Origin: Thraustochytrium aureum
Lineage: Eukaryota
Assembly: GCA_012862495.1 (NCBI GenBank)
Contig: BLSG01000377.1
Coordinates: 278,729 to 341,029, forward strand
Length of the DNA stretch: 62,301 nucleotides
Direction: 5' to 3'
The translations under genes were made by a program, and so were the position numbers. The notes beneath the pieces are model-generated. The model was not told where the DNA came from, did no database searches, and saw nothing but the letters and a program-made list of their open reading frames with translations. This document shows positions 23,201 through 34,864 of the stretch, piece by piece (positions within the stretch are counted from its first letter, which is position 1; every line of letters begins with the position of its first letter).

Positions 23201-23882
23201 GCACTGACGGTACGGGCCGCCGCGGGCCCACCTCAAACTCTGCCTCTGAAACTGGAGTGGTAGCCTCGCCAGGACTCGGCTTCCCCGACCAAAGGCTGCT
23301 GGCGGGGATTCCTCCGCGGCGGCGTCGAGGCTTCTTTCGCCTCGCGGCGACTCGGAGCGGCGTTCAAGAAGGGCATCGTGTGCGCTCGCTGCCACATGGG
23401 TGCTTGCTTCGCAGCGCACGAACAGACGACGTTGCCGACAGCTTCACTCTACGGTACGGTGCACAAAATGCAGAATCTCGACGCTGCCGAGAGCCCTGCG
23501 AGTCGTCACGGTTTGCGGTCCTGGCAATCCGCGCGGGGCCACAGCAAGGCAGATTGCAGCTCCGAACAGGGGCGAGGCAGGCTGGCAATGCGCGCTAGCG
23601 AGGTACTTACTCGTTTCACCTCGAGCGGCGACTGCACTTTCCCGGCCACACGCTCGCGCCTCCAAGCTCGCCCTTCAAGCCCGCGTTTCCACGCACCGCT
23701 TCCACGCCGCTTCTTCCACGCATCGAGGTCTCCTGCGCGCTCCGTTCCGCAACGGTTTCTCCCATCGGACTCAAGCCCCTCAGGCTGACGTGGCACGAGC
23801 GCGGGCGACAGGCGTTGCTCTGTACGTCGTGCGAGATTGTGATCGTTTTTGTCGGCACTTGACAGCCAAAACAAAGTTTGGC

Positions 23883-23960
23883 AAAAAAAAGACGAAAAAT
23901 GACCGAAAAATGACGGAAAAATGACGAAAAATGAAAACTTTCGATTGAAAACGTTTGAAA
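23883..23960. repeat. AT-rich imperfect tandem repeat TGAC(S)GAAAAA with phased A-tracts
   Basis: gacgaaaaat gaccgaaaaat gacggaaaaat gacgaaaaat gaaaa is directly visible. Confidence 0.8.
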
Positions 23961-24630
23961 CTTTACTTCTGATTTTCGTTTTGCGGTTTTGGGCCAAATT
24001 CGATCAAGAGTCGTCCTGGTTTTTGTTTCAGGTTTGCCAGTGGGGGAACGAGCTATAGAACTGCTCCTCCGAGCCATCATGTCTGGGTTTGGCTTGGCAT
24101 ACGCAGCCTGGCTTGCTTCAACCAACCTGACGTACTTGCGCAGCTCCTCCTCGGTGCGCTGAGCGGCCAGGTACGCGACGAGCAGGTACTCCGCTCGAGT
24201 GGAGTAGCGTAAGGCAAGCGTGCAAAAACTGGACCAGCCAAGATGATCATGAGCGGCATCGGGTAGGTAGGTAGGTACTCTGCGCCACCCCGCTTTCTGG
24301 TAGAGCAGCGCAGTGCGCTGACATCACTCGTCACTGATTTCGTCGGCAACTGAGCACCCAACGCCGAGTCTTCGAAACCGAGCCAGAAAAGAGGGCGTCG
24401 TCGGCCACACGCTCACGCGCGTGGCAGGGCACAAGACTTCGGACATAGAAAAACGGTTCTTGGCTCGGGCGCAAAGGGAAGGTACTTTTCTACGCAAAAC
24501 AAGAAACAAGAAGTAGGTACGCCACGCTCTGTACTTGCCACTCATTCCCGAACGCACCAGACCGATGCAAAACTCGCCACGGTTGGCGGACCCCGCTGGC
24601 GCGTCGTCGGCAACACCAACCCCACCACGC

Positions 24631-24667
24631 TCGACAACGATCGACAGCGATCGACAGCGATCGGCAG
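24631..24667. repeat. 10-nt tandem repeat (TCGACAGCGA) about 3.7 copies
   Basis: Directly visible. Confidence 0.75.
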
Positions 24668-24783
24668 GAGAACTCGTTGGAAGAATCCGTCACCTGGCCT
24701 CACTGAAATCCGGGAAATCCGGCGCGCTTTCAACCCCTTGATCATGATCTGAACAAGCTGATCAAAGCTGCCCGCCAGAGACC

Positions 24784-27684
24784 TCACGCAGAGAACGTGA
24801 GCGTGCCGCCAGCCAAGAGCTCCTTGTAGCTAACGGTAACGGCGTCCGTGGTAAGGTCGAGCGTCCGGCCGCCCCAGCGCACCGACCTGGCCGGCTGGAA
24901 CCGCGCCAGCGGCTCTGTGCTGGTCGCCAGATTCTCGCGCTCGATCCGCAGAGCCCCGCCTCGGCCATGCCGCTCAATCGTCACAGAACGGAACAGCGGC
25001 GGCGCGCCGACCTGGTACTCGCCAGAGCCAGGCACGAGGGCGTAAAGCCCCAGCGACGAGAGCACATACCACGAGCTCATCTCCCCGTTGTCCTCGTCTC
25101 CCGCAAACCCGAACGGCCCATACTGCGTACGAAGCGCGTGGTGGATCCACTTTTGTCCTTCCAGCGGGCACCCAGCATGTGCAAACATGTACAACACGTG
25201 ATGAACAGGCTGGTTGTTGTGCGAGTACTGCCCGAACGAGTGCTTTTGCATCTCGATCTCCTCGTGGATTTTATCTCTGTTGGAGACTGTCCCGGGGGCC
25301 GTCATGGCCTGTTTCAAAGTCTCGCACAACTTGCTCTCCCCCGTCTTTCCAGTCGCGCCGACCCCCTCATAAGCTTGTCGAAGGCCCTTGGGTTCGTGGG
25401 GAACGTAAAACCGGTACTGCCATGGCCCGCCCTCGGTGTACGGGCCCATCCACATGTACTGGTCAAAGGGCTCCTTGAACGCGCCGCGGCTGTCCTTGGG
25501 CCGGAAGAAGCGCCGATCTCCGTCAAACAGCGAGCGCCACTTGCTCGAACGCTCGCGCAGCGTCTTTGCGATCTCCGTGTCGCCCCGAAGCTCAGCCGCG
25601 CGCGACACACTAAAGTCGCTCAGGTAGTAATTGAGCGACAGCGAAACCGTAGAGTCTTGGCGCGGCGCGGCAGGCACATACCCGAGGCTCATGTACTGTT
25701 GCATGTGCTCGCGCCCGGACTTGGCGACCTCGGTTGCGCTGCGCCGCATGTACGTGTACGCCACGTCGGCACTCGGGCCCGAAAGCGCCCCGTTCACAAT
25801 CGCCTCGGCCATGCTCACCTCCCCCATCGAACCAACCATCGAACCGACTCGGCCGGGGCTGCTCCACTGCACCAGCATCCCGTTCGGGTCCTCGCGGATG
25901 GCGTTCACCCACCCCTCCATCACGCCGACGACGAGGTCGGGGAAGACCAGGTGCAGCATCGGGTACACGGCCCGGTAGGCGTCCCAGAACCCGCTGTCAG
26001 TGGACAGTGGGCCCGGGTAGGTGGCCCCTTTCGCGTCGAACGGCGAGTAGTGCACCAGCTCGCCCTTGGCGTTCACCTCCCCGAGCTGCCGAGGAAAAAG
26101 CAGACCGCGGTACAAGCACGTGTAAAGGGCCTTGCGGAGCTCGTCGGCTTCCGCAGCGCTGTGCTCTGGGGCAGACTCCACCTGGACGCGCCCAAGAAGA
26201 TCGTTCCACGCGGCCCGCCCTTCGTCCCGCACCTGTCCGATCGTCTTTCGCCCCCCCACCTCCCGCTCGAGACTGACGCGTGCCTGTTCCTCACTGATGA
26301 ACGACGTCCCGAAGCGCACAACGACGACCTGGGCCTCCGTCGACCCCGCAGCAGCGACCCACGTCACCTTGGATTTGCCGTTGTCTACCGCGAGGTTTTC
26401 GGCACCAGGCCCGCCCAAAAACTCGATGCGCGCCACAACGAAGTGGTGCATTGAGGGCGGGGCCTGGAACACCGTCGTCTTGGTAGATTCGCCAGAGAAC
26501 TCGGCGCTCTTTGTTGCGCCATCCACCGTGCCAGAAAAGCGGCCCAAGGATGTCAGCAAGATTCCGCGCTTGGAGCTCACCCCGCTCGGAAACTCAATCT
26601 GCATCAACCCGCCGTGGGCGGTCCCGGCAAACTGAACCGTCGTGCACGACGCCCCCGAGCACTGGGAAGTGAGCTTGAAGCTCATGTATGACGGCGTAAG
26701 CTCTGCGCCGGACGAGTCGTACGATGCGTCTCGCTGCGCGTCAAGAACTGGCAACACGTCAAAAAAGCCGTAATCGCCAATCCACGGCGACGGTTGGTGC
26801 GTGCACCGTATCCCGACGAGTTTGGCAATTTTCGGGTTGAAAAACCACGGCGTTGTCAAGCTGTTTGCCAGGGCCCAGTGAGTCATCCCAAAGGGGCGCG
26901 AGATGATTGGCAGCGCGTTGCCCCGGCTCACTGTGCGCCAATCCTTGTTGTCAGTGCCTCGCCTTACGTCCACGAGCCGCACAGGATCCGGCTCTGCTCG
27001 ATGGGGCGCGGTCACAGACTTTCTTGCCTCTGCTGCGAATTTGGCCTCTGCCGCAAATTTCGCATCTGCGGCACTCGTGGCCTCAGCCGAGATTTTCGCC
27101 TCTGCCTTGGCTGTGGCATGGATGCGGCGCTGCTGCTCCAGTGCAACGCGGTCCCGTTCGATCGCAGCCGCCGTCTCTTTCAGACGCTGTGCTTCCTCCT
27201 CCGCCTCCGTCCGGGCTTTGGCGAGAGCGGCGGCCTCCTCGCGGAGCTCGGCCTCGCGAATCTCGTGCCGCTGCCGCAGGGCAGCGAGCTGTTCTTGCTG
27301 TCGCAAATGCGACCTGGTCATCTCCTCCAAGTCTCCCGCTCCGCTACCCAGCGCACTTTCGCCGGCACGTCCAGCCTGCAAGGCGATTTCGTCTCGCGCG
27401 TTGTTCTCGCGAAGTTCGCCTGCGGAGAGCAGCGAGCCCCCGCGCGCCGCAGCCTCGCGTTCAATAGCCCCCGTGTCCTCGATCCCGGTCACCCGGTGAA
27501 GGTCGCAACCCAGCGTCACGAACACCATCCACCCGCCGAACGTCCATGCCGTCATCAGCATCAGCACCGCGATCATGACCGTGCCAACCTTGCTCGTGCT
27601 TTTCGGCTCGAGCTTCCGCAGCCCGCCGCGGCTGCGTGGCCGCTGCGCCGCGCCGCCCATTTCCAGGCGCACGGCGTCCGCCAT
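24784..27684 (-). CDS. Glycoside hydrolase family 92 (alpha-1,2-mannosidase type) with N-terminal TM anchor and coiled-coil stem
   Basis: RGNALP...PFGM, GIRCTHQPSPWIGDYG, DSGFWDAYR, YTEGGPWQYRFYVPH, IHEEIEM, GQYSHNNQPVHH, GDEDNGEMSSWYVLSSLGLY. Confidence 0.93.
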   Translation of the reverse strand: MADAVRLEMGGAAQRPRSRGGLRKLEPKSTSKVGTVMIAVLMLMTAWTFGGWMVFVTLGCDLHRVTGIEDTGAIEREAAARGGSLLSAGELRENNARDEIALQAGRAGESALGSGAGDLEEMTRSHLRQQEQLAALRQRHEIREAELREEAAALAKARTEAEEEAQRLKETAAAIERDRVALEQQRRIHATAKAEAKISAEATSAADAKFAAEAKFAAEARKSVTAPHRAEPDPVRLVDVRRGTDNKDWRTVSRGNALPIISRPFGMTHWALANSLTTPWFFNPKIAKLVGIRCTHQPSPWIGDYGFFDVLPVLDAQRDASYDSSGAELTPSYMSFKLTSQCSGASCTTVQFAGTAHGGLMQIEFPSGVSSKRGILLTSLGRFSGTVDGATKSAEFSGESTKTTVFQAPPSMHHFVVARIEFLGGPGAENLAVDNGKSKVTWVAAAGSTEAQVVVVRFGTSFISEEQARVSLEREVGGRKTIGQVRDEGRAAWNDLLGRVQVESAPEHSAAEADELRKALYTCLYRGLLFPRQLGEVNAKGELVHYSPFDAKGATYPGPLSTDSGFWDAYRAVYPMLHLVFPDLVVGVMEGWVNAIREDPNGMLVQWSSPGRVGSMVGSMGEVSMAEAIVNGALSGPSADVAYTYMRRSATEVAKSGREHMQQYMSLGYVPAAPRQDSTVSLSLNYYLSDFSVSRAAELRGDTEIAKTLRERSSKWRSLFDGDRRFFRPKDSRGAFKEPFDQYMWMGPYTEGGPWQYRFYVPHEPKGLRQAYEGVGATGKTGESKLCETLKQAMTAPGTVSNRDKIHEEIEMQKHSFGQYSHNNQPVHHVLYMFAHAGCPLEGQKWIHHALRTQYGPFGFAGDEDNGEMSSWYVLSSLGLYALVPGSGEYQVGAPPLFRSVTIERHGRGGALRIERENLATSTEPLARFQPARSVRWGGRTLDLTTDAVTVSYKELLAGGTLTFSA

Positions 27685-28365
27685 CGCGATCGCTCAGCCG
27701 CCGCCCCCGTACCTGTGCACGCTATTCTCGCAGCTCACGCGCCCGCCGGCCGTCGCGCGCCCGACCGCAACTGTCCTCCACCGCGCAGGCAGCCCCTCCC
27801 TCCCTCCCTNNNNNNNNNNNNNNNNNNNNNNNNNNNNNNNNNNNNNNNNNNNNNNNNNNNNNNNNNNNNNNNNNNNNNNNNNNNNNNNNNNNNNNNNNNN
27901 NNNNNNNNNNNNNNNNNNNNNNNNNNNNNNNNNNNNNNNNNNNNNNNNNNNNNNNNNNNNNNNNNNNNNNNNNNNNNNNNNNNNNNNNNNNNNNNNNNNN
28001 NNNNNNNNNNNNNNNNNNNNNNNNNNNNNNNNNNNNNNNNNNNNNNNNNNNNNNNNNNNNNNNNNNNNNNNNNNNNNNNNNNNNNNNNNNNNNNNNNNNN
28101 NNNNNNNNNNNNNNNNNNNNNNNNNNNNNNNNNNNNNNNNNNNNNNNNNNNNNNNNNNNNNNNNNNNNNNNNNNNNNNNNNNNNNNNNNNNNNNNNNNNN
28201 NNNNNNNNNNNNNNNNNNNNNNNNNNNNNNNNNNNNNNNNNNNNNNNNNNNNNNNNNNNNNNNNNNNNNNNNNNNNNNNNNNNNNNNNNNNNNNNNNNNN
28301 NNNNNNNNNNNNNNNTGGCTGGCTGGCTGGCTGGCTCGCTGACCGCTGTGGAGGACACGAGCGGG

Positions 28366-29033
28366 ATGGCGGCCGTGTGGAGCAATGTCAAGCGCCTGGC
28401 AGGCGGCGCCGAACGCAGCCTGGACGAGGCGGTGCACAGGTTCGTGCGCATCGAGCTAGATCGCAACGACCCCGAGTTTGTGAGCGATACAGAGTTCGCC
28501 CTTGAGGCTGAGATTGAGGCCGCGCTGCGCAACCTGGCTGAGGCCATCGACAAACTTGTGGCCTGCCCGAGCGCAGACAAGCCGCCCACGAGCCACGCCC
28601 AGATCCAGAGGTTTCGCGAAATCCTCTTCGATCAAAAGACCAAGTTTCGCACTGCGCAGAACAGGCTTCGCCAGATGCGCGAAAGCGAAACGTTGCGCAA
28701 GCTGATGCAGCGAGACGTCCGCGGACAGGCTGGCGACGATGCCGCGCAGGAGACGCTTATGCGGGAGCGCAGCTCGATCGCAAACGCCTCACGCGTGGCA
28801 GGGGAAACGATCAACCAGGCGCTCGAGGCGCACAGCGAGCTCGTCAGCCAGCGCCGCCTTTTCACAGGGACCACTGGGCGGCTTGTCGACATCGGTCGCC
28901 AGGTCCCAGGCCTCGACTCGCTCATCAAGCGGATAGAGGACAAGCGCACGCGCGACAACACAATCTTGGCGCTCGTCATTGCCTTTTGCACGTGCTTCAT
29001 GTTGTGGTACTGGCTCAGCGGTTGGGGGATTGA
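28366..29033 (+). CDS. GOS1: Golgi SNARE GOS1/GOSR1 (as assembled reads to 29226; one extra G in the G5 run would stop it at TGA 29031-29033, just after the TM anchor)
   Basis: IQRFREILFD, LMRERSSIAN, SQRRLF, PGLDSLIKRIEDKRTRDNTILALVIAFCTCFMLWYWLS (SNARE motif plus tail anchor). Confidence 0.85.
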
Positions 29034-29238
29034 TGCGCCGCAAGCGCAAGTCTCGGCGCGCAGATGCTCTGGTTTGTTGACAAAAACTGTTTTCTTCAAG
29101 ATCAAGAACGCTTTGACCGCCCAAGCCATCCGGCGTGGGAGGAGCGCTGCGAAAACTCGACCGATGCACCCTGAATCTGCCATTCTACATCTACGTATGC
29201 CACGGTGGCGGTGCGCGCCGACTTAGCTTCGGGACGCG

Positions 29239-32200
29239 CTACGGCGGCGCCTGCTTCCAAAAGTTGAGGCCCTCACGCAGTGGCGCGTGCCGCTGCGTCG
29301 GGCAAACTGGCCTCGTCTCTGCGTGAGCGCTCTTCGCCTCGTCCCAGTCGCCCCCAATGTAGTCATGCGCCTCCTCGTCGATTTTTCTTTCCCTTTCGTC
29401 CCGTCTTGCGCTGCACCGTCCGAGCCGTTACCAAGAAGGGCACCGTCCTCGTCGCACTCATTGAGCTCTCCCATCCGGAAGCCTGTTTGACGAGACTTGC
29501 CGCTCTGCACGGAGGCCGACGAGCGGTGCGTATGCTGGCCCCCAGAGGCCTGCGAGGCTTGCGAGGACATTTCGCTCTGCTTGCGCTCCCGCTTCTTCTC
29601 GGCCCGGTCAACCTTGCGCCTCTCCTTGAGAATCATGGCCTGCATTTTCCGTTCCTCGGCCACTGCCGCTTCGCTGCGTGTGTCGTCCACGTTGAAGCGA
29701 TCCTCCTTCGCGACAGATTCCGCAAGCCACGAGGCGTACCTAGCGTCACCGCGCTGTACGGCCTCGCGCTCCTCTGGCGACACAGCTGCGTACTCCACAA
29801 CTGCGTCCACGAGGTGCCATTCTTGCGAGGGGCTCGCCGCGCTGGCGCCGTCCCNNNNNNNNNNNNNNNNNNNNNNNNNNNNNNNNNNNNNNNNNNNNNN
29901 NNNNNNNNNNNNNNNNNNAAGGCTGACGGCTTGAGTCTTCTCCAGCCCTTGCAGTGTGGACTCTGGAGCCTCGCCGACGGTGGACATGAACGCCTGGCGA
30001 TGCACGCGCTCACAGCGCAAGCGCTCGTTTGAAATTTGTTCCTCCGTCAACAACTCCGCCCCGGTGCCGTCTCCCCGCATCACAAACAGCCGCGGCACGA
30101 GGGGGTAGTTGACTACGGCTTGGACCGGATCAAAAGCCCCGCTCAAAATGACGCGTTCCTGGCGGCGGGACTTGCTCGTGGCGGCGTCCACCTCGAAAGT
30201 GTTACTCTCCCAGTCACGCAGGCGCAGCGAACCTGATCCGCAGTTGAATCGGTAGCAGGCCAAATCACGGTCCGGCTCCTCGCGCGCGTCCGCAGCGAGC
30301 TGCTTAGCGTCTTCCACCTTGGTTACGCGGACGCGGTTCTCGCGCTGGAGCGTGTCCACGTTCCACGGCCTCCAAGAAACCGTGCCGTCGTCTTGGGCCT
30401 CCACCGCAGTCCCGTCCGGTTTGAGGATCCTCATCGAGCCATTAATCTTGGCGGTCACGCGAGTGTCGTACTCGATGTGTGCCACGGTTGCGTCTGGAAG
30501 GAGCGTGCTGCTGCGGATGCGCCTCCCGCCCTTGGAAATGTCAACCCTAGCCCCGCGCGAGTGCTGGAAAGCAGTCTCCTCGACCTCACGAATGATTTTC
30601 ACTGTCCCAAAGCCCTCACACTCGACGCGAACCTCCGTCTCGTTTGCCGTCGACGTGCTCGTCAGGATTGTGGTTCCGTCAGCATGCTCCACGAGAACAC
30701 TGCCATCAGACAGCCTCGTTCGACGGGTTCGATCGTTTGCGCGAGTATGTACAACCGCCTGCGTTTCAGGATCGATCGCCTCGACAACATGAACGCGAGT
30801 GGCACGTTGCTGTACGTTCCCCGTGTTCAGGACAGTCTTGGCAGCCGAGCCTCGCGCCTTCGGAGTGCTGGCGAACGGCGCTTGCGTCTCCCCGCGGGCC
30901 CCCCCTAGCTCACTGACAATGTACCCCCCATCGCGGAAAGTGCTCGTCTCGCGCGAGCCGTCAGTGAGAACGCGTCGCACATCGCCGTTTGCGAACAGAA
31001 CCTGGCTCGTGCCGTCTTCAAAAAACCTCACCACAGATCCTGCCCCGAGAATGAGCCGCTCGATTTCCTTTGGTTGTGTTGGGGGCGTGCCTCGCTCTGG
31101 CCTCGCTGCATCCGCACTGTTCCGTCGGAGCAAAGTCGAACGTGCAGACCGTCAGAGCTTGTATAGCAGGCCACCATGGTTGGTAGGCCGTCTGGTTTTC
31201 CGGCGAGCGCGCCGCCTTGGCTCAGCTCAAGGAACGAGTCATCGCTAAAGCTCGCGAAGAAGGCAGCTGGAGTTGCGGTTGCACCTTGCTTGTCCCCCGC
31301 AGGCTTGCGGGGTGCCGAGTCAGTTGGCGCTTTGCGCAAACCAAACCGGTGCCCGTCTTTGTACACCGTGCACCAAGCCTGGTCCGTGCCCACGCGACTC
31401 TCAAGCGCGATCACGCCTTGGTCGCACGGGAAGAGAAGGCGGGCTTCTTGATGCAGCTTTGCGAGTGACTCGGGCTCCACGTCGAAAATGCACTCTGGCG
31501 CGCGAAGGTCGTGGGACGCCCACTCGCTCAGCGTCGGCCTCAGGTTCGTGTGGCCAAAGGCAGATCGAGGCAGGGAGCAGGCACGGCCAAGAGGCGTGCG
31601 GCGGTGAATCGCCACAAGAAGCTCGTCGTACTGAGCCAAGTACGTGCTGTGAACTTGAGCCTCCTCGCCCATGGCGCTGGCGAGCACCTGCGTCGCGACA
31701 TCTGCAGAGAGGAGTCGCTTGAATCGCTGGCCCGAAAAGTCCCAAGAATCAGCTGCGCGAGGGTCGCCGCGCCGCAGAGCTTCTCGAACGCCGCGATGCA
31801 ACGCACAAACTCGAGCCGCCCTTCATCAAGGTTGTGGAGTGCGGCGAATTGTGTGCTCGCAAGGCCCCGCTCGACGGCCGAGAGCGTTGCCCATCGCGGC
31901 ATCCACTTGCGGCCCGTGCCCCCAGGAACCGAAACTCGCGACCACAGGCCGCTCTCTGCGCGCAGAATCCTCGACATCCACGACTTGCTGACGTCGCCTC
32001 GTGCAGACGCCTGGGCCAGGCGGAGCCGGACACAATCACCTAGTGCAACCTGTTGCGGTGCTTGCAACGCTTCCGAAGCGCGAGAGTCAGCCTTGCATGC
32101 CTCATCTTCGCCCCGCGGCTTGGCTTGCTGCGTCGCAACACCCTCCCCACCGGCAGCCGCAACCGCTCCGACCATGCAGTCCAGCACCACAGCTACTGAG

Positions 32201-33772
32201 CGCAACATCTCGAACGGAATGCTCTCAACGAGTGTTGTGTACTCTTCGAGGACGGCTGGCGACGCCCCAACGCTGCACAGTGGGACCTGGACGCGCTTGC
32301 ACTTGGACAAGTACGCGAGGAACCGAGCTTTCTCAACAGCCACGCTATACACGAGAGTAGAAAACCGAGACAGCGTCGCCAGTGGACGATACGGCGCCTC
32401 GTCTTCGCCTTCTTCGGGGACAACGCCAAGCTCGAGAAATACAACGTCTTTCCAGCCGGGCCCGTTGGCGCAGGCCTGCGCTTCCTTTAGCGAAGCCACG
32501 AGGTCGTTCGGAGGATAGCCCACGCCATCCGCGTAAACAGGGCTCGCTGCCCCGCGCATCACGGACCTGGGGCCCGAAACCTCAGAAGAGGCATTGCTCG
32601 CCTGCGAGAGCGACGAAGCAGGCCGCTCCGCCCCAAGTGGTGCATCGTGAAGGTGGAGAGAAGAAAGGGACGGGAGAGGCAATGACGCTGCCGAGGCCCC
32701 ATGCAGATCGCTTGACGGACCCCCGTCATGAGACCTGTTGCCGACCGCCGGTACAGTTTTCGTCGAGTGTTNNNNNNNNNNNNNNNNNNNNNNNNNNNNN
32801 NNNNNNNNNNNNNNNNNNNNNNNNNNNNNNNNNNNNNNNNNNNNNNNNNNNNNNNNNNNNNNNNNNNNNNNNNNNNNNNNNNNNNNNNNNNNNNNNNNNN
32901 NNNNNNNNNNNNNNNNNNNNNNNNNNNNNNNNNNNNNNNNNNNNNNNNNNNNNNNNNNNNNNNNNNNNNNNNNNNNNNNNNNNNNNNNNNNNNNNNNNNN
33001 NNNNNNNNNNNNNNNNNNNNNNNNNNNNNNNNNNNNNNNNNNNNACTCGCGAGGCCGCGCGCACAGCAACACTTTGTCCTTGCTCGCGCTGCCCGCCGAC
33101 AAGTTCGACCACTGCGTCCATGACGCCATCACGCCCTGCGCCGGGAATCAAAAGAGATGCCTCCTCACGTGTCGCCGGAAAGTCGCTGAGGATGTATATT
33201 TTGTCGGGGCTGATGGCCTCCCCTTCCAGGGCCAGGGCCGTGCGTGCCGCCACCAGGCTCGCAGGGTCTGACACCACTGCAATCGTCTCGTCAGCGCTCA
33301 ACTCGCGCTCGATGGCTGCCAAGCGCAGAGCAGTAGCACTTTCCTCCACTTCTCCGGTGCCGTTCCTTTGGATGACGAGGTTTGCTTCCTGAGGGTCGTC
33401 GTCCTCGGCAGGCGGTGGCTCTGCACCAGCAGCGTCCTGCGCTACAGCCAACGCCTCGAGGCGCTTCTTAACGAGCTTTTGCTTGGCGGCAAGGCCCTTG
33501 ACGCGATCTTGCTTGAGCCTTTGGCGAAGCGCCGCAGCAAGCGCCTTTGCGTCCTTGGCCCCTTTCCCCTCGAGGTCCTTCCTGGAGATGACCTGAAACA
33601 CGTCGGGGTCGGCCGCTGCCGACTCGGCCGACAACAATAGCGCCTGCTTGACTTTCTCAGCCGCTGCTGATGGCTTTCCCCATGCGTTGACAGACCCTTG
33701 CACAAGCACGACGAGCGTGTTCCACGTCTGCGAGGTGTCCCCTTCGCCCGGTGGCTGGTCCACGACGGCCAT
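29239..33772 (-). CDS. SPAG17: SPAG17/PF6-like axonemal central-pair protein (two gaps; frameshifts near 31770, 31083 and 29385)
   Basis: Segments LSADVATQVLASA...YLAQYDELLVAIH, EIERLILGAGSVVRFFEDGTSQVLFANGDV, AIDPETQAVVHTR..DGSVLVEHADGTTI and PRLFVMRGDGTGAELL match recalled SPAG17 blocks in the right order. Confidence 0.75.
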
Positions 33773-34221
33773 CGCGCCCGGTCCGCGCTGCAGGCCCGAT
33801 CCGGCCAATTTCTCGTTCTTGCCGATGCCGCCCGTTATCGCGCGATGCCGCACGGTGCCGCACGGTGCCGCCGCTGCCGCCGCTGCCGCGCCGCAGAGCG
33901 GGTCTGGCTGTCAGTCAGTCAGTCAGGCTGGCTGGCTGGATGGCTGTTGTTCGTCTGCCACTTGCTCGCTTGCAGAGTTCTTGACCGTTACGGTCCGCCC
34001 TTGATCTGAATTCTTTCGTTGACGGTGAGGCAATGCAAAACGCAAGTTGATGCTATCGTTTGTGGCTGCGGCTCGGGACGGCTTGTGGGCTCAGCGTGCC
34101 GCAGCGCGCGGTTGCTAGTGTGACGATGCACGGCCTGCTGACGAAGGCCTATCGGCAAGGGAGGTGCGCGCCTCGAGCTCGGAAAATCCGACGTCGACGG
34201 CTTGGCGACTGACTACACATG

Positions 34222-34864
34222 TCACTGCGCGCACCTCGAGTTGAGCACGGCAGCCCCGTGCTCGTCGTACTCTTGCTTGGAGACCCAGAGCTGCTGGAAG
34301 GAGCCGAGCGTCGCGAGGATGCTCGCGCCGGTAAAGTTGGCGTACAGGCGCTCTTGTGTTGAGGGCGTGAGGAAACGCGGCTTGAGTGCGCTCGGCAGGA
34401 TCTGGACAAGCTCCTTCATCAGACGCTCGACCGTACCGGGGAGGAGCGAGCCGCCACCAACAAGGACGATCTGCTGTGCTAGCTCTCGACGCAAGTCCAC
34501 TGCAAATGCCCGCAAAGGCCAAGTCAGCAAGAGGCGGGCCAAACCAAAGGCGAGCGTGTCGGGACTTACCGTGTACGCTTTGGAGCGTGTCGCGAACGAT
34601 TTGAGGAAGGGACGCTGCAGCAGGGTCTGCAGCAATCTGCGGCAACTTCTCGGTGATGAAGGCCATGTCCATCGCCGGGTTCATGAGGAGCTCGCCGCTT
34701 TTGAACCGGTCCGGGCCAAGGAATATTTCGGTCCCGTCGGGCAGCTCGTATCTCTCCTTCGCGTACACCGCCGCCTTGGCCTCATCAAAGCTGAGGTCGG
34801 CCCAGACCCTGCAAACGGTGGATTTGATGTCTTTGGCCAGCTCCAGCTTTTCCCATTCAACATA
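34222..34864 (-). CDS. ARP4: Nuclear actin-related protein ARP4/ACTL6-like, 3' part; exons 34570-34864 and 34222-34499
   Basis: YELPDG; spliced SVHVDLRRELAQQIVLVGGGSLLPG; C-terminus ERLYANFTGASILATLGSFQQLWVSKQEYDEHG. Confidence 0.8.
34500..34569 (-). other. 70-nt spliceosomal intron in ARP4
   Basis: GTAAGT donor, GCTGAC branch-like site, TTTGCAG acceptor; removing it joins the two ORFs in frame. Confidence 0.9.
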
